Assembly: GCA_963674965.2 (NCBI GenBank)
Contig: CAXXFL010000001.1
Coordinates: 1,056,001-1,120,000 of the forward strand
From: a bacterium
GTDB taxonomy: Bacteria > RBG-13-61-14 > DATKZS01
Direction of reading: 5' to 3'
Length of the DNA stretch: 64,000 bases
Translations under genes and position numbers: made by a program
Shown here: one piece after another, positions 28,693-37,693 of the stretch
How the letters are laid out: every line of letters starts with the position of its first letter
Position numbering within the stretch: position 1 is the first letter of the stretch
The notes under the pieces: generated by a model
Databases searched by the model: none
Told to the model about the DNA's origin: nothing
Seen by the model: the letters and a program-made list of their open reading frames with translations, nothing else

Positions 28693-28771
28693 TCTTTTAC
28701 TCCGACTTAATATCAATATTCACTTACTATTACTACTTCCCAATTGTCTGGAAAGACGCCGAGTTTATTAT

Positions 28772-29734
28772 TCACCAAATAGATGGCTGCAATTCCTCTT
28801 GGACATTACCTGGAAGACCATTAATATTCATGTCCAGTGCTTTCAAAATATCGATGAAATAATCGGGATAAAAACATCTTACTGCTTTTGTATCCACGGT
28901 ATTGATGTTTTTTTCGATAATCTTTTTGCCTTTGGATTGTTCTTTTAATTTTTCCCATTCCATTTTTCTTATGTTATCATTCATGATCAGCGTGGTCTCG
29001 CATTTCGCGTTTTCCTTGTCCAAATAATTACCAGTAAGGCATCTGATATTTATCTCATTACCGCACTGTATAATCATGGCGCTATATTCACAGCCCTTAT
29101 CACATTTGCTTCTTTCAGATTGTCTGTCTTTTTCAAGATCATCTATCATGTCAAACGATTTAAGTATATCTTTTGTGTATAATTCCTGAGTGGTAAAATC
29201 CGAAGATTTAAATCTTGTAGTGGAGGGGTATTCCTCTAGGTAATCCTTTAACAACTTATCTGGCAATTTAACTCCAGATGACGTGATATGTATTCGATGA
29301 ACGCCGGAAATCCAGTAAATCTCTTCCAGTGAACCTTGGGTGTGATACAAGCAATCATTGTTTTGTATTGTCTTTGGTTCCCAAGAATCACGACACCAGT
29401 AAAGCTCAAATAGTATATCATGTTTAATGTAATCATCGCAAGAATACTTTCTAATCTCAATTTTAATGTATCGAATTTTTTGGTCGATATTTTTTTCGTA
29501 CATAACGTTGCATTGCAAGTCAACGTTATAATTTGAATATTTGTGATAATAATCGTCGCCAATCGTGTTGCATTTTGCCGGGTTGATGTTTTCATAATCA
29601 CCGTATTTCTTATCGATAATATATTTTTCTACTTCATTCTCGGCAAACATCTTTATTGGCCAGCAATATAAGAGAAAGATAATAAAAGGCAGAATGATGG
29701 CCGCCAATTTGGTCATTTTGACATTCATGTTCAT
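28772..29734 (-). CDS. AT-rich hypothetical exported Cys-rich protein
   Basis: 320-aa ORF, AAGGAG RBS, N-terminal hydrophobic segment, 12 Cys, GC far below flanking genes. Confidence 0.7.
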   Translation of the reverse strand: MNMNVKMTKLAAIILPFIIFLLYCWPIKMFAENEVEKYIIDKKYGDYENINPAKCNTIGDDYYHKYSNYNVDLQCNVMYEKNIDQKIRYIKIEIRKYSCDDYIKHDILFELYWCRDSWEPKTIQNNDCLYHTQGSLEEIYWISGVHRIHITSSGVKLPDKLLKDYLEEYPSTTRFKSSDFTTQELYTKDILKSFDMIDDLEKDRQSERSKCDKGCEYSAMIIQCGNEINIRCLTGNYLDKENAKCETTLIMNDNIRKMEWEKLKEQSKGKKIIEKNINTVDTKAVRCFYPDYFIDILKALDMNINGLPGNVQEELQPSIW

Positions 29735-29758
29735 TGAACTCCTTCTTTTGCCGCTATT

Positions 29759-31330
29759 TCAAGTCTCATCTTCCGAAAATTTACCCAACAATTCCGCAAA
29801 GTCCGGCTCTCCCATGGTCATGACCTCTTTGGTAAATCCGGCCAGGTCCATTCCGCTTTTGGCGAATATGTCCTCGAACCTTCGGAGGCCCAAAGTGTAA
29901 CATACCTGGTAAGCCGGTTTCAACGCGTACCTCCTGGCCGAGGCCATGGCCCGGGCGGGCGTCATGCCCATGGAAAGGAGCATCCCGGCCGCCGCGTCCA
30001 TTTCCATTTTTCGGCACTGGAGGCCGACGTCGATCCTTCCCCTTACCGCCCGCCACAGGTGTCTTTTATTGAGCAAAAGCGAGTCGCCCGGCGCGTCGTA
30101 ATAACCCGCCATATCCATGATCGTCTCGGCGAAACAGGCCCATCCCTCGTAGAACATGGGATGCTCGATATGGCGTCGGACCTCTCGGGGGTTGTTCCAT
30201 CTATGAAGGTCTAAAAGATGGTGGCCGGGCCAGGTCTCGTGCGCCGCCAGCATCCTATAATCCTTTTGAATCAGATTCTTAGCCTCGCCGAGCGACTCGG
30301 AGGCCAAAACGTAAAAAGTTCCCCCCGAGGCCGGATGACCCGGCGGCATGCCGTAAGCCGCCGCGCTCCTTATCGCCGACAAAAAAGAAGGGACAGGAGC
30401 TACGGTTACGGGATTGGCCAGATGATCCTCTTTGGACACAAGGCCAAGATCGAGGCATTTTATTCCTAAGCGCCTGACTTCCTTACCGAAATGCCCCATC
30501 ATCCCATCTCGGGGCAAAGATGGGCCGGGAAGCGACTCGATGGCTTCCTTCCATCCATGGCCTGGGAAATTCTTTTGGGAAGCGGAAGATAGTACCTCGG
30601 ATATCCTCGCGATCTCCGAGTCGAAATAATCCTCAAGTTCACCCACGCCCATATGACAACGCATGTGGTTTTTGTAAACCCGGTCAGGCACTTCCTCATC
30701 CAGCCTGAAGCTCGGAACAACCTCGAGCTTTGCAAGGCCCCGCCTGAAATCCTCCAAGGCCGCGCCCGCTTCCTTTACTTCCGGCCGAGCCTTGGCTAAT
30801 GAGACAAGCCACTCGATAACGTCATCGGCCATGTCAAGGCCCAGCTCGAGAAACATCCTCGGGACCGGCCCCAGGCAATCGATGGCCCTCTCCAGGAAAG
30901 CCGGCGCTCCCATAAGGCGGCGCGAGAAAGCCTCCGGGTCGTTCGCCTCGATGGCCTCGGCCAGGCCCAGACTGAGGACGGTCAAATGAAAAGTGGGCTG
31001 GGACTTATGTGGCCCCACGAGGGTAAGCTGCTCCCGAAGAGTCGAGAAACATTCGGCTACGAGCCTTATATCCGCCCGGTCTTCAAGTGAGGCATGAGGG
31101 AAGGAAGCCTGGATGGCGGCCTCCCACTCCTTCAACTTAGCGGCAGTCTCCGCAATGGAGCCGGAAGAGAAATCGTCCCACTTTGACCAGTCGGCGTCAA
31201 TCAGTTTTAATTGAGGGAAATAATTGAACTCGTCCGATTGGCAGCAAACGGGAAAGCGCCTTGCCAATTCGCTCGTGGCCTTGCCCGCTATCCTTTCGAA
31301 ATCACTGCCTATTTTATCTTGATCCGACAT
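29759..31330 (-). CDS. DUF885-family protein (metallopeptidase-like), no signal peptide
   Basis: AHETWPGHH, FYEGWACFAE, LWRAVR..IDVGL, YQVCYTLG. Confidence 0.85.
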   Translation of the reverse strand: MSDQDKIGSDFERIAGKATSELARRFPVCCQSDEFNYFPQLKLIDADWSKWDDFSSGSIAETAAKLKEWEAAIQASFPHASLEDRADIRLVAECFSTLREQLTLVGPHKSQPTFHLTVLSLGLAEAIEANDPEAFSRRLMGAPAFLERAIDCLGPVPRMFLELGLDMADDVIEWLVSLAKARPEVKEAGAALEDFRRGLAKLEVVPSFRLDEEVPDRVYKNHMRCHMGVGELEDYFDSEIARISEVLSSASQKNFPGHGWKEAIESLPGPSLPRDGMMGHFGKEVRRLGIKCLDLGLVSKEDHLANPVTVAPVPSFLSAIRSAAAYGMPPGHPASGGTFYVLASESLGEAKNLIQKDYRMLAAHETWPGHHLLDLHRWNNPREVRRHIEHPMFYEGWACFAETIMDMAGYYDAPGDSLLLNKRHLWRAVRGRIDVGLQCRKMEMDAAAGMLLSMGMTPARAMASARRYALKPAYQVCYTLGLRRFEDIFAKSGMDLAGFTKEVMTMGEPDFAELLGKFSEDET

Positions 31331-31354
31331 TAAAGGATCGGCCGGCCGGGCGCC

Positions 31355-32032
31355 CTATTCCGCCTTTGCCAGGTCGGAGACTATTGCAACCAGCGGCTCG
31401 GCGCCGGTCCTTTCAAGGGTCTTGCCCAAGCGCTCGCCCCGTTTCGAGTTCTCCTTGTAAAACTCGACAACTCTGCGGACGGCCTCGATGGCCTCCTCAT
31501 CGCCCAGCCCCTTGATTATCTCGCTCGCGTGGCGAGGACGGGAACCGGCGTTGCCGCCGGCCGTGAGTATCCATTTGGATTTGCCCTGGGCGAAAAGCCC
31601 GATGTCGCGGGACCAGCCCTCCGGGCAGTTTATAGGACATCCGGCCACGGCTATCTTCATCTTGTTGGTAAGCTGCATGCCGTGATAAATGGCGTCCAGC
31701 TTCAGCCCGAGGGCCAGGGAGTCCCGCTGCCCCAGCTTGCACCAGTTATTGCCCGGACAGGCCCGGACGCTTCTGACGCACAGGCCGGTGAGGTTTCCCG
31801 GGTTCATCCCCAAATCTTGCCAGATCGAGTCCAGGTCCTCCTCCTTCACGCCGTAAAGCGCTATACGATAGGCGCTGGTTATCTTGATCAGCTTGACGTC
31901 GTATTTTTCCGCCGCGTCGGCTATTTTCCGGAGCAGGTCCGGCGTGATTATTCCCACGGGGGTATGGGGAGCGATGGCGTAGGTCGTTTTATCTATCTGT
32001 ATAACGGCCCCTTTTTCTCCGTCGTTCAGCAT
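31355..32032 (-). CDS. Small siroheme/[4Fe-4S] sulfite/nitrite reductase-like protein
   Basis: TYAIAPH, LRKIADAAEKY, RSVRACPGNNWC, KMKIAVAGCPINC. Confidence 0.85.
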   Translation of the reverse strand: MLNDGEKGAVIQIDKTTYAIAPHTPVGIITPDLLRKIADAAEKYDVKLIKITSAYRIALYGVKEEDLDSIWQDLGMNPGNLTGLCVRSVRACPGNNWCKLGQRDSLALGLKLDAIYHGMQLTNKMKIAVAGCPINCPEGWSRDIGLFAQGKSKWILTAGGNAGSRPRHASEIIKGLGDEEAIEAVRRVVEFYKENSKRGERLGKTLERTGAEPLVAIVSDLAKAE

Positions 32033-32076
32033 TTATTCTCCTCGAAAGCGCGCGCGGATGTTTACCGCTTGCATCT

Positions 32077-32775
32077 TCAATCCCGGAAAACCAGCTTGCC
32101 GCCAAGATGGCCCGCGTACGCGGCCGCGCCCAGCATGGCAAGATGGATAATTACATAGACGTACCTTACTCCGCCGGCGTCCGCCACCAGGGGATCGATA
32201 AGACGCCATACGACCAGTAGCCAGCTAAGTCCGGTCACCACTATCCCCATTATAATCTTGGTCTTGAAGACCTTGGTCATGTATCCTTTGAATTTGATCC
32301 GCCAGTCGATCCATCCGGAAAGCAAAACCAAAGGCATGGAAAGGGCCACCACGCCCAGGTTGAAAAAAGCCGCCAGGGACAGGGCGCTCGAGCTCGCGCC
32401 CAGGAACGCGAGGCTCAGGTTGGCTAAATTTAAAACCACGGAGCCCAGCAGAAAAAAGACTATGACGGGAATAAGTCCGTTGGGAAAATGCACGGCTATG
32501 GGATGGGCCTTGTTCTTGTGCATCAACTCTCCCAGCGCGCCCAGGGGAGGGGAAGGGGTCTCCGACTTCTCTTGCGCCTTCGCTTCTTCCTTTTTAGCCC
32601 GTGCCTTGGCCTTGGCCCCGGCCATGCGGGCGTCGTATTCATCCTTGGCTTTTTTGCCCTCCTCGCCGGGCAGGCGCTCGAACTTGTCGCTCGAGGCCCC
32701 GCAAACCGGGCATTTTTCCGGAGGTCCCTCTCCCTCGTGGATGTATCCGCAGACGGTGCATTTCCAGTAACTCAT
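32077..32775 (-). CDS. Rubredoxin-like domain fused to a DUF2231-like membrane domain
   Basis: WKCTVCGY...[13 protein letters not shown]...GHLGGKLVF with about 4 TM helices. Confidence 0.82.
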   Translation of the reverse strand: MSYWKCTVCGYIHEGEGPPEKCPVCGASSDKFERLPGEEGKKAKDEYDARMAGAKAKARAKKEEAKAQEKSETPSPPLGALGELMHKNKAHPIAVHFPNGLIPVIVFFLLGSVVLNLANLSLAFLGASSSALSLAAFFNLGVVALSMPLVLLSGWIDWRIKFKGYMTKVFKTKIIMGIVVTGLSWLLVVWRLIDPLVADAGGVRYVYVIIHLAMLGAAAYAGHLGGKLVFRD

Positions 32776-32971
32776 TTAATCCTCCGCGCCGTTTCCGGCC
32801 CCCGCGACAGGCGCCGGTAAGTTTAAGACGAATCCATTGGACCATAAATCTTTCATCATGAATTTATTTCATCCTTGCCCGCTTTGCAATAAAAAGAAGG
32901 CGGAAAAATCCCGATGGGTGGTGACAATAAGGACATGGCATAGACCCTTGGCCCTCGTTTTGGAAAAAAAC

Positions 32972-32998
32972 TAAAGGAATCGGAAATGGAAACGATAA
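32972..32998 (+). promoter_or_regulatory. Sigma-28 (FliA) promoter of flagellin
   Basis: TAAA-N15-AACGATAA versus consensus TAAA-N15-GCCGATAA. Confidence 0.7.
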
Positions 32999-33076
32999 GA
33001 AGGTTAAGTGACTGGAGAAAAGACAGTTCAAAGATAAAAAAAGGTTAATCACCTACGACGCAAGGAGGAATAGAAA

Positions 33077-33913
33077 ATGGGATTAGTAATCAATAACAAC
33101 CCGGCATCGGTCAACGCGCAGCGCAACCTCAACTCGGCCAACATGAACCTCAACAAATCTCTGTCGAGGTTAAGCTCGGGCCTTCGGATCGTCACCGCCG
33201 GCGACGACGCCGCTGGACTCGCGATTTCGGAGAGCCTTCGTTCACAGGTGGCCAGCTTGGAGCAGGCCTCCCGCAACTCGATGGACGGCATCTCGATGCT
33301 GCAGATCGCGGAGGGCGCCCTCAATGAGGTCAGCTCGAAGCTGATCCGTCTTCGCGAGCTCACCATGCAGAGCGCCAACGGGACCGTCAGCGACGATCAG
33401 AAAGACATGCTCGACAGCGAGTTCCAGGCCCTGACCGACGAGATCGACCGTATCGCCAAGGCGACCAACTTCAACGGCAAGAAGCTCCTGGACGGCTCGA
33501 CCACCTCCGTGACCTTCCAGGTGGACGTGGGCACCACGGCCGACGTCGATACCTTCGCCGTCACCCTGACCTCGGCCCTGGCCTCCGACCTCGGGATCGA
33601 CACGCTCGACATCAGCTCCTCGGCCAGCGCCGACACCAACACGGCCCTTACCGCCATCGACGCCGCCATATCCTCGATCGTCGATATTCGGAGCGACCTC
33701 GGCGCCGCCCAGAACAGGCTCCAGACCACCATCAACAACCTGGGTATCGCCATCGAGAACAGCATCGCCGCCGAGTCCCGCATAAGAGACGTGGACGTGG
33801 CCAAGGAAACCTCGCAAATGGTCAAATACCAGATCATACAACAGGCGGGCGTCAGCGTCCTCAGTCAGGCCAACATGAACCCGCAGATCGCGCTCTCGCT
33901 CCTGCAAGGGTAA
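33077..33913 (+). CDS. fliC: Flagellin (short, D0/D1 only)
   Basis: RLSSGLRI..AGDDAAGLAISE, FNGKKLLDG, LGAAQNRL, SRIRDVDVAKE, ALSLLQG. Confidence 0.96.
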   Translation: MGLVINNNPASVNAQRNLNSANMNLNKSLSRLSSGLRIVTAGDDAAGLAISESLRSQVASLEQASRNSMDGISMLQIAEGALNEVSSKLIRLRELTMQSANGTVSDDQKDMLDSEFQALTDEIDRIAKATNFNGKKLLDGSTTSVTFQVDVGTTADVDTFAVTLTSALASDLGIDTLDISSSASADTNTALTAIDAAISSIVDIRSDLGAAQNRLQTTINNLGIAIENSIAAESRIRDVDVAKETSQMVKYQIIQQAGVSVLSQANMNPQIALSLLQG

Positions 33914-33953
33914 ATGGGAGCTTGATATAAAACGGCGAAAGCCGCTACCCGGC

Positions 33954-33998
33954 CGGCCCGCGAGAAAAAAATCCTCGCGGGCCGCTCCTTTCTCTTTC
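33954..33998 (+). terminator. Terminator after flagellin
   Basis: CGGCCCGCGAG/CTCGCGGGCCG 11-bp stem with pyrimidine tail. Confidence 0.6.
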
Positions 33999-34006
33999 CG
34001 TGCAAC

Positions 34007-34873
34007 CTAGGAATCCAGGAAGAACATGGCTTCCTCGTAATGGAATAAGATTTCCTCGCGGGAAGGACCATCGGGCGTGTTTTCGAGGGCGTCGCTGAAA
34101 TACTCGAGCGCCGACTCGGCGTCTCCGAGCTTATATAAAACCCAGCCCATTGTATCCATAAAGGCCGGGTTGGACGGCTGACCGTCGAGGGCCGAGTTCG
34201 CCAGCTCGAGAGCCTCGTCAAGGTCCACCGCCTCCTCGGCCAGGCTATAGGCAAGATTGTTTTGCAGCTCCGGTGAAGCGGGATTTATTAGATATGCGTC
34301 GAGGGCAAGGTCCGTCGCCAGCTCCAGGTCGCCCTCACCGTTCGCCGCCAGGGTGGCCATGCTCAGCAAATGAACGTCATCCGGAGAACTCTCCAAGAGC
34401 TCGTCCAAAAGAGCCTGGGCGTCAGCGTAGGCCCCCTCCCACAATAGCTTCGCCGCCAGTATGCGCTCCCGGTCGAAGGCTCCGAAATCATCGTAAAAGC
34501 CCCCCTCCTCCTCGGTATCCTCGAACCACGAGGCCTCGCTCGTGTCCCCCGAGTCCATTGCCGCTTCTTCATTCTTGGCGACCGTGTCTATGCCGTTACC
34601 GGCTCCCCGGTCTTCACCGATAAGCTGCTCGATCCAGCTCATGGCGTTGGTCGCCTCCAGGTGTCCGGGCGACAGGGCCAGGGCGGCCGCCAGGTCTTCA
34701 CGCGCGCCAAGGTAGTCCTTTCTATCGGCCTTTTCCATGGCCAGGGATACCTTGTCGTCCGCCAGATAGGAATTTTCCTGGGCCGGGCTTATATCGCCGC
34801 AACCGCCCTGAAAGATAAAGATTAAAAACATAAGCGGCCAGATCATCGCAAACGGTCGTTTTTTCATGTCCAT
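34007..34873 (-). CDS. TPR-repeat lipoprotein
   Basis: Signal ending QGGC; NNLAYSLAE..LDEALELA..DTMGWVLYKLG TPRs. Confidence 0.8.
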   Translation of the reverse strand: MDMKKRPFAMIWPLMFLIFIFQGGCGDISPAQENSYLADDKVSLAMEKADRKDYLGAREDLAAALALSPGHLEATNAMSWIEQLIGEDRGAGNGIDTVAKNEEAAMDSGDTSEASWFEDTEEEGGFYDDFGAFDRERILAAKLLWEGAYADAQALLDELLESSPDDVHLLSMATLAANGEGDLELATDLALDAYLINPASPELQNNLAYSLAEEAVDLDEALELANSALDGQPSNPAFMDTMGWVLYKLGDAESALEYFSDALENTPDGPSREEILFHYEEAMFFLDS

Positions 34874-35079
34874 GCCTCCGTGAGGGTTACATTCCTTTGG
34901 ACGCGAAATTTCTCATCCAGGTTCCAAACGCCCGGGTCAGGGAAAAGTTTTCCCTCAAAAAGCCCCAACCCTTCCTTTTCATGGACACGAAAAGGGCGCC
35001 TTTTTGCCTTCTTGGCTTTCTTGCGTGAAAATGACCAGGAATCGATCTCGCCGCCTCAAACTGCGGCCCAGGATTTTAT

Positions 35080-36498
35080 ATGAAGGAAAATGGACCTTTA
35101 ATCATTCTCACGGCCCAGCGGGTCTGGATGTACCGCAAGTTCCCGCCCTACGGCATTATGTACGTGGCCCGGGGGCTTCGGGAAGCCGGGTTCAGGGTCA
35201 GGATAATCCATCCCGAAACCGGCCGCGCCGGCGCCGTGGCTGAGGCCGTTAAAAAGGAGCGGCCCCTTTTCGTCGGCTTCAGCGTCATGCAGGGACCGCT
35301 TCTACTCGAGGACGTCGAGATATCTCGCGCCTTGCAAAAAGAAGGCATCCCCGTGGTATGGGGCGGCATCTTTCCCTCCATGCTGCCCGAGCTGGTCCTT
35401 TCCGCCGACTACGTCGATTACATCGTGACCGGCGAGGCCGAGTTGACCTCCGTCCAGTTCGCCCACGCCCTCGCCTCCGGCAAAAAGCCGGAGAACGTGG
35501 CGGGAGTCGGATACAGGGAAGACGGCGGCGTACGTCTCAATCCACCGGACCCGTTCCATAAGGACATCGACTCCTTTCGTCCGGACTGGGACCTCATCCG
35601 GATGAAAACATACCTCGAGGTATACCCCAAGTCCCAAAGCGTGCTCCTGCGCGTGCCCCTCTCGAGGGGATGCCCTTTCCCCTGCTCCTTTTGCTACAAC
35701 CAGGTGCAAAAAGACCGCAAGCTCTTCCGCATCCACGGCCACGAATGGGTAAGGCGCGAACTGGACTTCTTAAAGGACAAGTGGGGCGTCAACATGGTCC
35801 ACTGGGTGGGCGACAACCCCTTCTCGAAGCCCGAGGTGGGAAAAGAAATCATCGGCGCCGCCAAAACCCCCTGGATAAGCGCCACTCGAATCAACCTGGT
35901 GGACGAGGAATTCACGAGCTGGATGAAGGAAACCCAATGCCAATACCTCGGCTTCGGCATCGAAAGCGGCTCGGACCGGGTGCTCGAGATACTGAAGAAG
36001 GGCTTCACCGTCGACACCATAATAAAGGGCATCGGACACCTCGACAAGGCGGGCGTCTTCGGCGTGCTCAGCTGGATGCACCTTATCCCCGGCGAGACCA
36101 ACGAGGACAGGAAGATGACGCGAAAGCTCATGGACGAACTTTACCGCATGACCCCCCGGATATATCATAGCGGCGTCCATGGCCTGCGCCCGTGGCCGGG
36201 AACGATCTTTTGGGACGAGGCGGTCAAGATGGGTCTCGAGCCGCCCCGGACCCTCGAGGACTGGGCCCATTACCAGTACGTCAGCCCGCCCCTGTTTGGA
36301 TGGACCAAGGAGAGGCTCTACCGTTTGACGGTCATGAACCGCGTGCTTTACGGCCGGGCCAGGACCGCTCCACGCCTCGTGCCCGACTGGCAATACGAAA
36401 TCTTCCGGAGAAGATTCCTCCGCGGAAAATTCCCCGGCGCCCTCGAGGAAAAACTGGCCGCAAGTCCGCGCCTGAAAAAACACCTCGAGGATTTATAA
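35080..36498 (+). CDS. B12-binding-domain radical SAM protein (class B methylase-like)
   Basis: PPYGIMYVA, VVWGGIFPS, GEAE, SRGCPFPCSFC, GIESGSDRVL. Confidence 0.9.
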   Translation: MKENGPLIILTAQRVWMYRKFPPYGIMYVARGLREAGFRVRIIHPETGRAGAVAEAVKKERPLFVGFSVMQGPLLLEDVEISRALQKEGIPVVWGGIFPSMLPELVLSADYVDYIVTGEAELTSVQFAHALASGKKPENVAGVGYREDGGVRLNPPDPFHKDIDSFRPDWDLIRMKTYLEVYPKSQSVLLRVPLSRGCPFPCSFCYNQVQKDRKLFRIHGHEWVRRELDFLKDKWGVNMVHWVGDNPFSKPEVGKEIIGAAKTPWISATRINLVDEEFTSWMKETQCQYLGFGIESGSDRVLEILKKGFTVDTIIKGIGHLDKAGVFGVLSWMHLIPGETNEDRKMTRKLMDELYRMTPRIYHSGVHGLRPWPGTIFWDEAVKMGLEPPRTLEDWAHYQYVSPPLFGWTKERLYRLTVMNRVLYGRARTAPRLVPDWQYEIFRRRFLRGKFPGALEEKLAASPRLKKHLEDL

Positions 36499-36552
36499 TT
36501 TAGACTCCGGCCCCTCCGCTTTATTATCTTTCCTTTTCAGCGCGCCCCCGCC

Positions 36553-36579
36553 TAAAGACTCGGGTTTTCGAGCCGATAA
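36553..36579 (+). promoter_or_regulatory. Sigma-28 (FliA) promoter, perfect consensus
   Basis: TAAA-N15-GCCGATAA. Confidence 0.8.
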
Positions 36580-36607
36580 GATAGACGGTAACTATCAGGG
36601 GGTCTTA

Positions 36608-37297
36608 TTGAAAGTCAACCTTCGTCCAGCCGATCTTTACTGGCTTCCGCCTTCCCGGGAGGGAGCGGCGCGGGAAGTAGAGGAAAAAACCTTGCCCCAG
36701 GCCCGGACCGGGCCCACCCTGGTGCTTCTAAGCCGGGAAGCCGGAAAAGGGCGGGCCACGCGGCTGTTCGTCCATCGCTTTATGAAGGGTTTGGAGGAGT
36801 TTTGCCCGCGTCCCCTTTTCCCGCCCCTTCCCCCTTTCCGGCCGGAAGCCTCGGCCGAAGCCGTCGCCAGGGTCGTCTTCGACGCCACGCTCGAGATCTT
36901 CAGGGAATGGGCCCGGGCCCAGCCCCGGACGCCGGAGGCAAAACTGATCGCCAGGTTCCAGGCCCTTATCGAGAAGGAAATAATAACGAGCGCTAAAAGC
37001 TCCATCAAAGAGTTAAATCGAGAAGACGAGGATTTCCGGATATCCCGACTCGAGATCGAGGCCGTTAGCGCGTCCCTCTCGAGAAAGGCCGGGCTGTATT
37101 TCCGTACCCGCGCGGCCATGGCCCTGGAGGGACTTCACCGCCAATCGGAAACCAAATCCACACCTCCCGAGTACCGGCCACGAAACGCCGCCTTCCCCGG
37201 CTGGGCCGAAGTCGTATCCGGCTCCCCCTCCCGGGCGGCCCTGCTGGTGGGGACCGCTATCCTGTGCGCCATGCTGGTCATCTTCAAGATGATGTGA
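36608..37297 (+). CDS. Hypothetical helical protein (DUF5610-like core) with a C-terminal TM helix
   Basis: TTG start after GGGGG; PEASAEAVARVVFDA..IFREWA..FQALIE; hydrophobic C-terminus. Confidence 0.55.
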   Translation: MKVNLRPADLYWLPPSREGAAREVEEKTLPQARTGPTLVLLSREAGKGRATRLFVHRFMKGLEEFCPRPLFPPLPPFRPEASAEAVARVVFDATLEIFREWARAQPRTPEAKLIARFQALIEKEIITSAKSSIKELNREDEDFRISRLEIEAVSASLSRKAGLYFRTRAAMALEGLHRQSETKSTPPEYRPRNAAFPGWAEVVSGSPSRAALLVGTAILCAMLVIFKMM

Positions 37298-37551
37298 GCT
37301 ATTGAATGAAAAAAAGTCCGCGCCTTTCCGATTTGCCGCAGAATAGGTCACCATGCCCGAGCCTGGCCTGACATGCATAAGGATATCCCGTTATAACGCT
37401 TGATAACCCGTCCCCAATGCGCGAGAAAATAATTGTAATTGCGGTCCATCTCGGCCTAGAATATTAACGATGAAAAAAAAATTTCGCGCGACCGGATAAA
37501 GGCGCGTCCCGGGCCACGATGAGAACATGGAGAAACTCCAGGGAGTCCCAA

Positions 37552-37662
37552 ATGAATACATCGAAGGGGAAGACGGGAATAATACTGACGGGGATCGTTC
37601 TTGTTCTGGTAACGATGGTCATGGCTTGCGATCGCCAGCATTTTTTCACCCCGCCAAGGTGA
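37552..37662 (+). CDS. Putative 36-aa small lipoprotein
   Basis: Below the ORF-track cutoff: MNTSKGKTGIILTGIVLVLVTMVMACDRQHFFTPPR, with GGAG RBS and lipobox VMAC. Confidence 0.45.
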   Translation: MNTSKGKTGIILTGIVLVLVTMVMACDRQHFFTPPR

Positions 37663-37693
37663 GGGTTATAAAATCCATCCCATATTATAATTG

